Below are positions 8,117-17,800 of a stretch of 64,000 nucleotides of DNA, one piece after another (within the stretch, counting starts at the first letter, position 1; each line of letters starts with the position of its first letter). Location of the stretch: IMG/VR virus record IMGVR_UViG_2895319678_000007; one strand, written 5' to 3'. This DNA is from a virus. Made by a program: the position numbers and the translations under genes. The notes below the pieces were generated by a model that made no database searches, was not told the DNA's origin, and was given only the letters and a program-made list of their open reading frames with translations.

Positions 8117-9202
8117 TTACGTGACTACGACCCCTTCCTGCTCCAGCAAGAGTCGGTAAAACTGTTCTGAGTTTTCCGTGATATGGGGGTGCTGGGCTTT
8201 TACTTTAGTCCGAGCAAGGTAACTCGCCACGGTTGTTGTTGTGCGTTCCCACTGGACAAATAAGTCCCAGTAAGGCCGCGTGGATTTCTTTTTCCCGCGC
8301 AGGCGTGATACAGCCTGCTGCGTCTTCTCCAGTTCCGCTTCCAGATTTTCTGCACCCTGCTTATCCAGCACGTCAATCTGGTCTTTGATATCGTTAATCG
8401 CTTTCTCTTTTTGTTCCTGTAAATCAGGTGCGACAACGGAACGTTTGATATTCTTCAACAGTTTACGCAGGCCATGTTTATTCTGGATATCAATGCCCAT
8501 CCTTTCCATGCGTAACAAATGGCGCTGATATTTCTTATCCAGATTTTCTAACTGACCACTCTTAATCGCCCAATTTTGAAAGTCGATCAGGCTTTGCCGG
8601 ATTTCCTGATGCGGAATCCCTTTGGAGATAAAAAAGTCCGGTGTCAGCCAAATACGTACCGGTTTATTCTGCCCCGTGTCACTGTCTTTATCTCTGTGCA
8701 CCACCAGATGTTTCATTTGCTCAAAGACGGATAAGGCATGTAACGCCGTATCATAGGCTTTACGCCCATTCTCGTATTGATGCAGCACCCCCATTGCTTT
8801 CGCAATAAATTCAAAAGGCACCATCACTTCAAACAGATAATCATGGCTGGGGAAAAAATCCGCATGAGCCACCAATGCCAGCGCGAGTGATGTCATGGCC
8901 TCACGGCTTTCAGACCGGGCACGCACACGCATTGGCTTGCGCGTAAAATGGGTATTATTACGCTCTGAATAGGGAACATAGCCCTGTTGACGCAGGGCAA
9001 TTAAATCCCTGTCGAGCCACCAGTTGTGAACTTTCAGGGTACGCGAAAGACGCGCAGGCGTCCCTCTCGGAACCGGAATATCCTGATTCGGTGTATTGCG
9101 CCGATGGATTTTAGACTGCCCTTTTCGCAGGGCATTGGACTCGCCACGCCGGGTACGAACAAGGTTATCAGAAGCTGATGGGGTGTGTTGAACTTTATAC
9201 AC
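8117..9202 (-). CDS. repA: Plasmid replication initiator, IncFII-RepA superfamily (IncL/M-I-B/K-like control)
   Basis: RSESREA..LALAL, FIAKAMG, DTGQNKPVRIWLTPDFF; true start likely GTG 9202, overlapping the leader stop, with SD AGGGG. Confidence 0.88.
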   Translation of the reverse strand: MYKVQHTPSASDNLVRTRRGESNALRKGQSKIHRRNTPNQDIPVPRGTPARLSRTLKVHNWWLDRDLIALRQQGYVPYSERNNTHFTRKPMRVRARSESREAMTSLALALVAHADFFPSHDYLFEVMVPFEFIAKAMGVLHQYENGRKAYDTALHALSVFEQMKHLVVHRDKDSDTGQNKPVRIWLTPDFFISKGIPHQEIRQSLIDFQNWAIKSGQLENLDKKYQRHLLRMERMGIDIQNKHGLRKLLKNIKRSVVAPDLQEQKEKAINDIKDQIDVLDKQGAENLEAELEKTQQAVSRLRGKKKSTRPYWDLFVQWERTTTTVASYLARTKVKAQHPHITENSEQFYRLLLEQEGVVVT

Positions 9203-9251
9203 AACCCCTGCACTTATGGCGGGGATCAAAAAGTTGCAATAGAAGTCTCAT
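9195..9251 (-). CDS. repB: 18-aa rep leader peptide MRLLLQLFDPRHKCRGCV
   Basis: Hand translated; SD GGAG upstream; its TAA overlaps the repA GTG. Confidence 0.8.
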   Translation of the reverse strand: MRLLLQLFDPRHKCRGCV

Positions 9252-9262
9252 CGTTCTATACT
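9234..9262 (+). promoter_or_regulatory. Sigma70 promoter of the antisense copy-control RNA
   Basis: TTGCAA-17 bp-TATACT. Confidence 0.8.
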
Positions 9263-9267
9263 CCTAA

Positions 9268-9356
9268 GCAGAAACCAAATGATTTCTGCTCCATGATACC
9301 CCGTAACTCTGAAACCGTCCGCCAAGATAAGTCCAGATTATGGGGTTTCTGCTTTT
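9268..9356 (+). ncRNA. Antisense replication-control RNA (Inc/RNAI-like)
   Basis: Stem ACCCCGTAACTCTG/CAGATTATGGGGT with a CCGCCAA loop (target loop UUGGCG) followed by a U-tract; complementary CCGCCA at 9217-9222 of the mRNA can form the pseudoknot. Confidence 0.8.
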
Positions 9357-9510
9357 TATCAGTCAGATAATTTCACACACTACTGACTGGGTTTAGTCAC
9401 CTTTCGGCGTGACTGACCAGAAATTTTGATTCAAAACCATACATTAACTGCCATTAACTTTAGCACTCTAACGCATAAGGATCAATTTATCCTCATCAGG
9501 CGTGCCCATT

Positions 9511-10098
9511 TTATACACTTTGTGACTGCTCTGCGCCATCACGGGTTTTAAACTCTCTCAGTACCCGATAGATAGTAGCAACCCCGAAGTCAAATTCCTT
9601 TGCGATTTCACTGATTGTCGCTCCAGCCTGACGGCGTGCATAAATGTCGTTTCGTATAGTATCATTTAATTTTGCGGGACGCCCAAATTTAACCCCGTTT
9701 TCTTGCGCTTTGGCTATCCCTTCAGCCTGACGTTCGCTGCGTAAATCATTTTCGAATTCGGCAATAGACGCTAACATATTGAACATCAAACGCCCTGTCG
9801 AAGTTCGGGTATCAATATTCTGATCCAGCACAACGAGATTAATATCTTCTTGTTGAAAGCGAGTAGCAATTTGTGACAGGTGCGTCACAGAACGGGCGAG
9901 ACGGTCTAGTTTAGTCACAATCAACGTATCCCCCTCACGTAAATAATTCATACATGCGTGGAACTGTGGACGCTGTGCGGTACGACCACTACGTTTCTCC
10001 TGATAAATTCGTTTGCAGTCAGCCTGCCTTAATTTATCAAGTTGTATATCTAAACTTTGACCTGTTGAACTGACTCGTGCATACCCGATCTTTGCCAT
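9511..10098 (-). CDS. Serine resolvase with C-terminal HTH
   Basis: IGYARVSS..Q, GDTLIVTKLDRLARS, TSTGRLMFNMLASIAEFE. Confidence 0.95.
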   Translation of the reverse strand: MAKIGYARVSSTGQSLDIQLDKLRQADCKRIYQEKRSGRTAQRPQFHACMNYLREGDTLIVTKLDRLARSVTHLSQIATRFQQEDINLVVLDQNIDTRTSTGRLMFNMLASIAEFENDLRSERQAEGIAKAQENGVKFGRPAKLNDTIRNDIYARRQAGATISEIAKEFDFGVATIYRVLREFKTRDGAEQSQSV

Positions 10099-10104
10099 AA
10101 TTAA

Positions 10105-10210
10105 TCATCGCTCTAAAGACATTTGATTACTTATGATAGTCTTTTTGCGACCATACTTCACGGGATATTAAAAGTATTTGGTACTTTTTAATAGATTGTT
10201 GAACATCAAA
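10105..10210. promoter_or_regulatory. Probable res site / resolvase promoter
   Basis: AAAGAC...GTCTTT inverted repeat immediately upstream of the resolvase. Confidence 0.4.
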
Positions 10211-10781
10211 TAATACATTAAAAACCCGTACCTTCATCACAGTGGATTAAGGAAAACCACAGAAACAGCGTGTGTTACAGCGGATAAAAAACGTGGAGTA
10301 CCGTTGATTATCTCCGGAATTTTAATTTACGATTTTCCCTGGTTAAGAAAAATCTTAATATTTGAAAACAAACGAGACAATATTATGATAGCCACAGGAA
10401 TATCTTTTCCCGTATATGCATTAATGTTAAGTATTATTATTCTGACTAACAGAGTAGAAACTACTCTTAATAAAAATAAAGATATACAATTGTGATAAAG
10501 TTATTATTTTTTATACGTCCTATGTTCTTAAAAGATTATATTGTTTAAACGTATTGTGATGAAAATTTACGCTAATCAATACAGAGAAGAAAATTGAAGG
10601 CAATAACCACTATCGCGGAAAAGAGGCGCATATAACACTTTATAGTTAAATAAAAATTTGGACAGGTGAAATATTAGATAATAAAGTTCACGATGCCCAA
10701 AAAAGTTATTTAATCAGAAAAATATTTTTTATATTAAAAAAATACAGCACATCAATTTGTATTTGCATTTATGTCTATCTT

Positions 10782-11465
10782 TCAAACAGTGTAAGACACT
10801 GATCCTTTGAAAAAACTTTCGGGAATATAGTTAGCTATGTTATTTTCATAACAATATTCAACTAAATCTCGCTTACGTTTACCACCTATTTTTTGATAGA
10901 TATGTTGGAGATTATTCTCAACGGTTCGTTGAGATAAAAATAAGCGTTCAGCAATCTCCTTAGTTAAAAACCCTTGCAGAATATAAAACACGATTTCCCA
11001 TTCTCTTTTACTGAAAAAGTCAGATGGTTGCGTAAACACTAACGATGTTGGCACATTGATTTTGGTTAGTCTTTCGAGTGTTATTGTATCTACTGGTCTT
11101 CCATGAAAGATGGTGCCGTGACATACCCCGTTTTCATCGAGTATGGGGTACTTATCACAATACCACGGTTGAAGATAAGTCATTTTTTGAAAAGGATGTA
11201 TTTCAATTGAAGTTACCCTATCTAATATTGCTTCAACCCTCCTGTCCTGTCTTTGGAATTCTTCCTGAAAATTTGCTGTACATGATGGAATTTCACCATC
11301 AAAACGCCCTTCTATATTATACCCTTTAGGTAGGCAAAGCATCTCATTATGTTTTTCATTGGCATAGATAAATCGTGAATTGTTATCTTTTGCTCCCCAC
11401 GGATCATTACTGTTTTCCCAAAACCTAATTAACGGCTTAATTAAATCTTCTACTGACCTATTCAT
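10782..11465 (-). CDS. PAS-domain LuxR-family transcriptional regulator (LuxR solo)
   Basis: N-terminal PAS (PWGAKDNNSRFIYAN), C-terminal SKREWEIV..ILQG...KEIAERLFLSQRTVENNLQHIYQK. Confidence 0.9.
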   Translation of the reverse strand: MNRSVEDLIKPLIRFWENSNDPWGAKDNNSRFIYANEKHNEMLCLPKGYNIEGRFDGEIPSCTANFQEEFQRQDRRVEAILDRVTSIEIHPFQKMTYLQPWYCDKYPILDENGVCHGTIFHGRPVDTITLERLTKINVPTSLVFTQPSDFFSKREWEIVFYILQGFLTKEIAERLFLSQRTVENNLQHIYQKIGGKRKRDLVEYCYENNIANYIPESFFKGSVSYTV

Positions 11466-11709
11466 ATTTTACCTTTTGAATGTTTTCTTGATTAAAAATT
11501 CATTCTTATGCTGATAATTTAAATGAGAAACAATATTAGCCCTATTTGTATTTCTACATTATCAGATTAAAAGTTTAATTGAAAACCTTCAATACTAAAA
11601 TAAATAATTGGCAAAGGATTCCTTATGTGATTTTTTAATCTGAACAGGGTGCTATTTTTGATAGATCACTATTCGATTATACGATTAAGGAAAAAAAATA
11701 TAATGAATG

Positions 11710-11883
11710 TCAATTAAGGGCATAATGAAGACTGCCAATAATCATCGCGCCCCACAAGATGCCTCGCCAAAAGGCACAACACGGACAGGTATAGGCAGAA
11801 CCGACAAAGAACGAATAGACATATCCGAGCGGGGAATACCATCCACATAGAATACGTTTCAGTAAAGGGATTTTAGTGTTCAT
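11710..11883 (-). CDS. 57-aa Cys-rich membrane peptide, last gene of the late operon (not in ORF track)
   Basis: Hand translation MNTKIPLLKRILCGWYSPLGYVYSFFVGSAYTCPCCAFWRGILWGAMIIGSLHYALN*; overlaps the stop of the giant gene. Confidence 0.65.
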   Translation of the reverse strand: MNTKIPLLKRILCGWYSPLGYVYSFFVGSAYTCPCCAFWRGILWGAMIIGSLHYALN

Positions 11884-14800
11884 TAACAATGTCCTGTAAT
11901 TGAATCAGCGCATTACCATAAATAAGACTGCTCTGGTCGTAATACTGACGCATCAGTTCCTGATAATGGGCAATTGCTACTTCATCGCCGTCATAAAAGG
12001 CTTTGTCCAATGCCCCATTAAGTTGTGATAGTGTCATTCCCTCAATGTGTAGATTACGCATGGCCTTTGCCCGTTGGTTTTCAATCTTAGCAACCGGATC
12101 GTTTTTCATCAGCACATTATACGAGCCATCATCACTCAGATTATTAAGACGGCCAGATGCACTAGCCTGAGTAATAAGTTCGCGGTATTTTTGTGTGACC
12201 GCATAGTCATTCGTTTTGTAGCGATAGGCACTCGTCGCTGTTTGCAGAATGGCATTATCGCCCCAACCAACGGGTTTAAGGGGTGGCGTCGTGGTATTGC
12301 GTACCATGTTATAAACGCCACTGAATAACGAGGAGAGCAACGCATCCGTTCTGGCCGGGGAAATATCAACCATGCCATTCGATTTTTCATAGAAGAAACG
12401 CGTCATATCTTTAAGGAACTCTGGCGTTGTCGTCTTACCCCGTTCTACGTTCGCCGGATTGGTGATTTGTTTGCCCGCCCAGTCTACGGGATATTTATTA
12501 TCCACTTCTTGCCCGAACTCGTTCGTTCCCATGCCTATCGTGATCAACGGCTGTGCTGCGGTGGGTATCATCATACGCGTGACAGTGTAACTGTCCATAT
12601 CACCGGCAGGTTGAACGGGCATAAAGGTTTCCGCTGCTGAACGGATGATCGAGCCGGTGGCTTCTCCCATGTCTATTTTGCCATGACCCAGCAAGATGAG
12701 GTTTTGCATCGCAATCATAAAGGGACGCACTTCATAGGGCATTTCTCCGCAGACATCACCGAAACAAATCGATTTCTTGCGCGATGGACTACGGGCAAAT
12801 TTTGACCCTCCATCCGTATCTTCATCATCAGGATCATCCAGCGCCGACTGTGTGGCCGCCGCCGCCAGAATGCTCAGTCCCATCAGTCCGAAACGGCCCG
12901 CTTGTGTGGACATGATACTGGCGACTAAGGGCAACGATTGCATTCCCGCATTCCAGAAAGCAAAAAATGCCGGTAAGACTTTACCTGAACCGTGTCGGGT
13001 AAAGTTACCCGCCAGCTCACGTGAACCTTTGGCCGCTTGTGTAATCAAGCCCTGATTATTTGCCGCCCACGCATCCAGCTCTTTTTGTGTCATATTCCGA
13101 AGGTCACGGCCTGACCTGTCTTCTAAGAAATTCAAAAAAGCGGAATAACGGAAAACTTCATCACTGGCATGAACCGCACGAACAAAACGGTGATGCATAT
13201 TTAAGGCGGCACTGCCTAATCCCTTCATACCTTGTTGTTGGATAATATCGATGGGGCCAGTCGCTGTTCCCGCATTTAAACGCCGACTGACTGCATCCAA
13301 ACCATAATACGCCCCCGCATTATTTCCCCCTCCTGCCTTTGCAAAGAGTTTTCGCATCGGGTTATCCGTTTTCATGGATGCCTGATCCCGTACAATTTCC
13401 GGTAGCAGACGCACAACATCGACAAGTGATCGCGTGGCAAGCCTGAAATGGTCATTGGCGGACATATTCCGGTCAAATGCCCCGGAGAAATTCAGTAAGG
13501 TTAGAACCGTGTTCCAGACCGGCACTTTTAATAAAAACGACGGACTGTAGGTGGTCATATTGGAGGCCATATAACCTGTCGTGGTACGCAGCATGGTCAG
13601 TAAAGGCATCATTTCGGGTTTCTGGATAGCCCGCAGCAAGTCTTTGCCAAAGCGTGTTTGGGTATCGACGACAATTTTGGCTTTCTTGTCACCTAAAAAT
13701 ACCCACACGCCATTTTTATCATTCCATTTCTGGTTTGCCACTGCAATCACATTGCCTGCATCATCCCGCTCCAGCTTGTGTGTTTCCAGTTTAAACAGAT
13801 CAGCCATCCCGATACTGTTCACCATTTCGTAGAGTGCCCGCAACGCATTATTACGGGCAACGTTGGCATAACGGGTTTGCATTTGATACAGCATATTCGC
13901 CACCGGATCGGCGGCTTTGGTATAACGCCCCTGAAAGGTTTTATGGATTGACGGGCGCTTTTCTCCGGTAGATAACAGGGGAACGTAATGATAAGCCTGT
14001 TTCATGCGGTAATAACTTTCCGTAGAAATTAAGCCGGATTTACGTTCCTCATCCAATAACATCTGATTGATATCCCGCATGGGTTTAAGGATAGATTCGA
14101 TTTGGGCTTGTTTCTCTTCCGGCACTGTAGACAAAAATTCATAAGCACCCTCAAGTCCTGAGTGCACTTTTCCTTTATTGTCTGTCCAGTGAAATGCCGT
14201 GGGGTTTTCATGAATGCGGGTTGGCACCCCCATTAAGACCATTTCCTTTTTTATCTGATCCATTTCGATGGCCCGTTGCGCATAAGCATAATCATGGAAA
14301 ACGTTATACGGAATACCAATCGCGTGCAAGCCATCAATGATACCTTGTTCAACCCGATTCAAGTCCGCGCCCGGACGGCCCGTCACGGCACGCGCACCCG
14401 CCATTCCTTCCGTCAGTTTTTCATACAAATTAAGCGGCTTTCCATCGGTTCCCCGATAACCGAGTCGGTCAGCAATGCGGTCTATGGCTTTCGCCGGACT
14501 GAACACATCCACGTTGGTTGCCCAAAAATAACTCCACAGACTGGATAACCGGGTAGTGACTTCTTTGGCAACTGCCTGGGCCACTGCATTGCGTTTGCCG
14601 ATAGAATCCAGCACCTTATTGTTCATATCAACAAATGCCTGACCATAAAGATCCGCCTGACGAATTTCACCCACAAGTGGCGCAGTTGGATTTTCACTGA
14701 CATCCCCCACACGGGCACCATAATTATCTGCTGCCCATTCTGATGCTTCGTTCGCCGTATCAACGATATGTTCATGAAACGGCATATCTTCACCATCAAT

Positions 14801-17800
14801 CGTGACCTTATAGCGGCCACTGGGTAACATATCGATACGTCCTATGGTTTGCCAGTCACCTGAATTTTCGAGCGGTATTCGCAAAATCCCGGAGTGAAAA
14901 TTCTTACTGCTTGCAATACCGAAATTCTTAAATTCGCCGGTAAGTTGCCCTGATACCGGCATAATATCCGCCCCCACAATCAAACGAGTGAGGCCAATAA
15001 TATCGGACAAGTTATCGAATTCTTTGGGTTTGAGGTTCAAGAAACGGCGCACGGCATCAACCAATGAACCAAACGCTCTGCGAAATTTCGGCATCGCGTG
15101 GGTAGCCAGTGGGTTAGTGCGCAAATAAGCCTGTAGTTGCGGGTTGGAAAAGGCTTCGGAAATAAATTCATCAATGGATCGCTGTGCATATTGCAAGCCA
15201 TCGGGTAAATTCCGTTTCTTCGCAAACTCACTGTACATCATGATGAGATTCGAACGCGCTTTCGCTTGATCCGCACTGAGTTCGAGTAAGCGCGTTTCAT
15301 CATTTAAGACCTGATAAAGTGCATGGTGAGTGGCCTCGTGAACCAGATAATAAGGTTGGTCTGCAACCTGATCCCGAATATAGATGGTGGCATTAACAGG
15401 ATCGTAAGTGGCATTCACTTCCGCATTACGGACAACGATAGGTTCTGCCGTCAGCTCAATATTAACCGGATACGTTTTGCGTGCGGCTTTCAGCATGTTA
15501 ATTAATTGCTGGACAATCGGACTGGTATGTCCGTCGATTTTAACCGCTTCCAGTGCGCCGAGAATATCGCCCATTTTCAGTCGAGTCAGCATGTCAATAT
15601 TCGGCTGACTTAAGTATGACCCGACTTTAATCTCCCCCGCTGGTAACGATCTCCCCAATGCTTCGGCTTTGAGTACCTTTTCAGCAAGCCGCATTCCGGC
15701 CCGATAGGCTTTCGGGTGCACCGTTTCATAAGCTGCCAAAATATCATTGAGTATTGCCCGGTTGCGATACAGTATTCCTGACGTCATACCCTCGGCTTTT
15801 GCCTTTCGTTCGGCCAACAGAGCTACCATACCGGTAGCATCATTCACACTCGGCAACGCCAGTCGTGTATCACGGTCATTGACCAATGCCCCCACATTTA
15901 ACGGATCACGTGCATTCGGTTCCTTACGCAAGGTTTCTGCAAAGAGCTGTGCGCGTTGGGATAAAGCGGTAGTCGCGGTATGCGTTGCATCAGAACGCGT
16001 CTGTGCGATTAAGGGATTTTGCCTGCGTTCCTGACGCATGAGATTATTGGCAGCGGCGGTTGATTGCTCGTCGGCGAGACTACGCAGGGTTTTCCGCTTG
16101 CGTTGATTTAGCTGTCTTTTCTCTGTCTGCGCAAGGCTTTCATCCGTATTAATAAATGCGTCTTCTTCACGTTGCAGACGTCCTTCTGTTCGTCGCAGAT
16201 GATTGAAACTGTGACTTTCACGTGGCCCTAAATTTTCCGGCACGCGCATCGCGTCCAGATGGGCCAATACTTCATCTTGCCTGTCCCGTAAACTCCGTTC
16301 CTCCTGTAACTGCGCAGCACGTGCTGTCCGACTGGCTTCCTTCAAACGTTGTTCATAGGCGGGTAAAAAACGCGCCAACTCCAACGAGGGACTTTTTTTC
16401 TCCCCTGTCGCTTTCTCATAGGCTTGTGCCAGATATTCATTGGCGTTTGTCCGCAACTGGGTGACCCGTTTTTGTGCTTTGATGGTATTGACGGTTTCAG
16501 GCATTACGGCAATCTGCTGGTCAATGGCATCCGCAAGAAGAGTCTGCTCTGCTGCCAGACGAGCCAGTTTATCACTGTCTGCTTTTGCCAGTTCCGAGGC
16601 CGTTACTTTTTGCCGTGCGATAGTCGCCAGTTCAATATCACGAAGCACGTTGTCTTGTATCTGTGCCTGTTCCTGACGTAAATGATCAGCCAGTCCCAGT
16701 GCGGGATCATCCACAGGCATCACCGCAAGCATTTTCTGTAATGCCGTATTGGCTGCAATGCGTTCAGTACGAATTTGCGCTAATTTATCATCCCATTCTT
16801 TGATGCGTTCCACGTCCTGCTCAGTACGTAAGCGCTCCAATAACGCTTCTTCCGACGCGCGTTTAATGCGGTCTGTCTGCTCTAAGTGATACAGGGTATT
16901 CGCCCGTTCTTCGGGAGTACGGTTCTTTAGCCAGTCAATAAAGCTGCCATCATATTCTGCCCTGGTTAGTGGTGTCGTCCGCTGTCCTTTATCTTCCAAT
17001 AACAAGGGAGGCGGCATTAACTCCGTCGTGGACGCCGTTTCATTTTGACGCTTGTACAATGGATCATTATCGACAGCAAAAATTTTATGATAGCGTTCCA
17101 GATAGGCGGGGTGCATATCCAATGGCTTATTGCCGAATTCTTTCTGCAGGATGACTGCATCATCATCGGCAGTCGGCCCATACTGTTCTCTCTCCGCAAT
17201 CGGATTGTTGTCTATCAAGTGACGATAGCGTTCTTCCAGGCTCGCGCGTTCCGTGGCCTGCTGTTCTTTCTTCACTTTACGAAACAGACGTGCACCGGTG
17301 GCATCCATTGCCGCAAGACGGGCCTGTAGATTCTCTTCCAGCGAGGCATTCAATGCCCGTTCCTGCTGTGCAATCTCTTTTCTTCCCGCTTCATCGGCTA
17401 ACGGCCACGCTTCGGCCAGTTGGGTTTTCGATTCGGTCGCATTATTAAAGACTGTATCATCCCGTGCGATACGAGCCAGATTTGCATTTTGTTCACGGGC
17501 ATGGAGTGCACCGGGAATCCCCCCCGTAAAAGGTGCATAGACCCCCGCAGAGGCCATTGCCTGGGTGACTTTTCCCCAGTCCACCCGATTGGCATCAAAC
17601 TGTCCGTTTTTATCGAACCCCATTGTGAGCGCAGCATCTAAACCTGACGACGGCATATTACTGGCTGCATCAACCGCTGCTGATCCAAAATAGGATTTTA
17701 AGATGCCTTTCGCCCCGTTGAGATCGGCAGCTTTCCCAAATCGTAAGAGTAAATTTTCCGGGTTAATACCGTAGGTATAACCAAACTTGGATAACGCGGC

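Noticed and set aside
9203-9370. ORF-track extension of repA to 9229, and + strand ORF 9185-9370
   Set aside because: The region is explained by the leader peptide and antisense RNA; the GTG at 9202 has the SD and coupling.
9511-10098. Serine recombinase as a tail-fibre DNA invertase or shufflon
   Set aside because: It is far from both fibre genes, and no inverted crossover sites or alternative fibre ends were seen; a resolvase role fits better.
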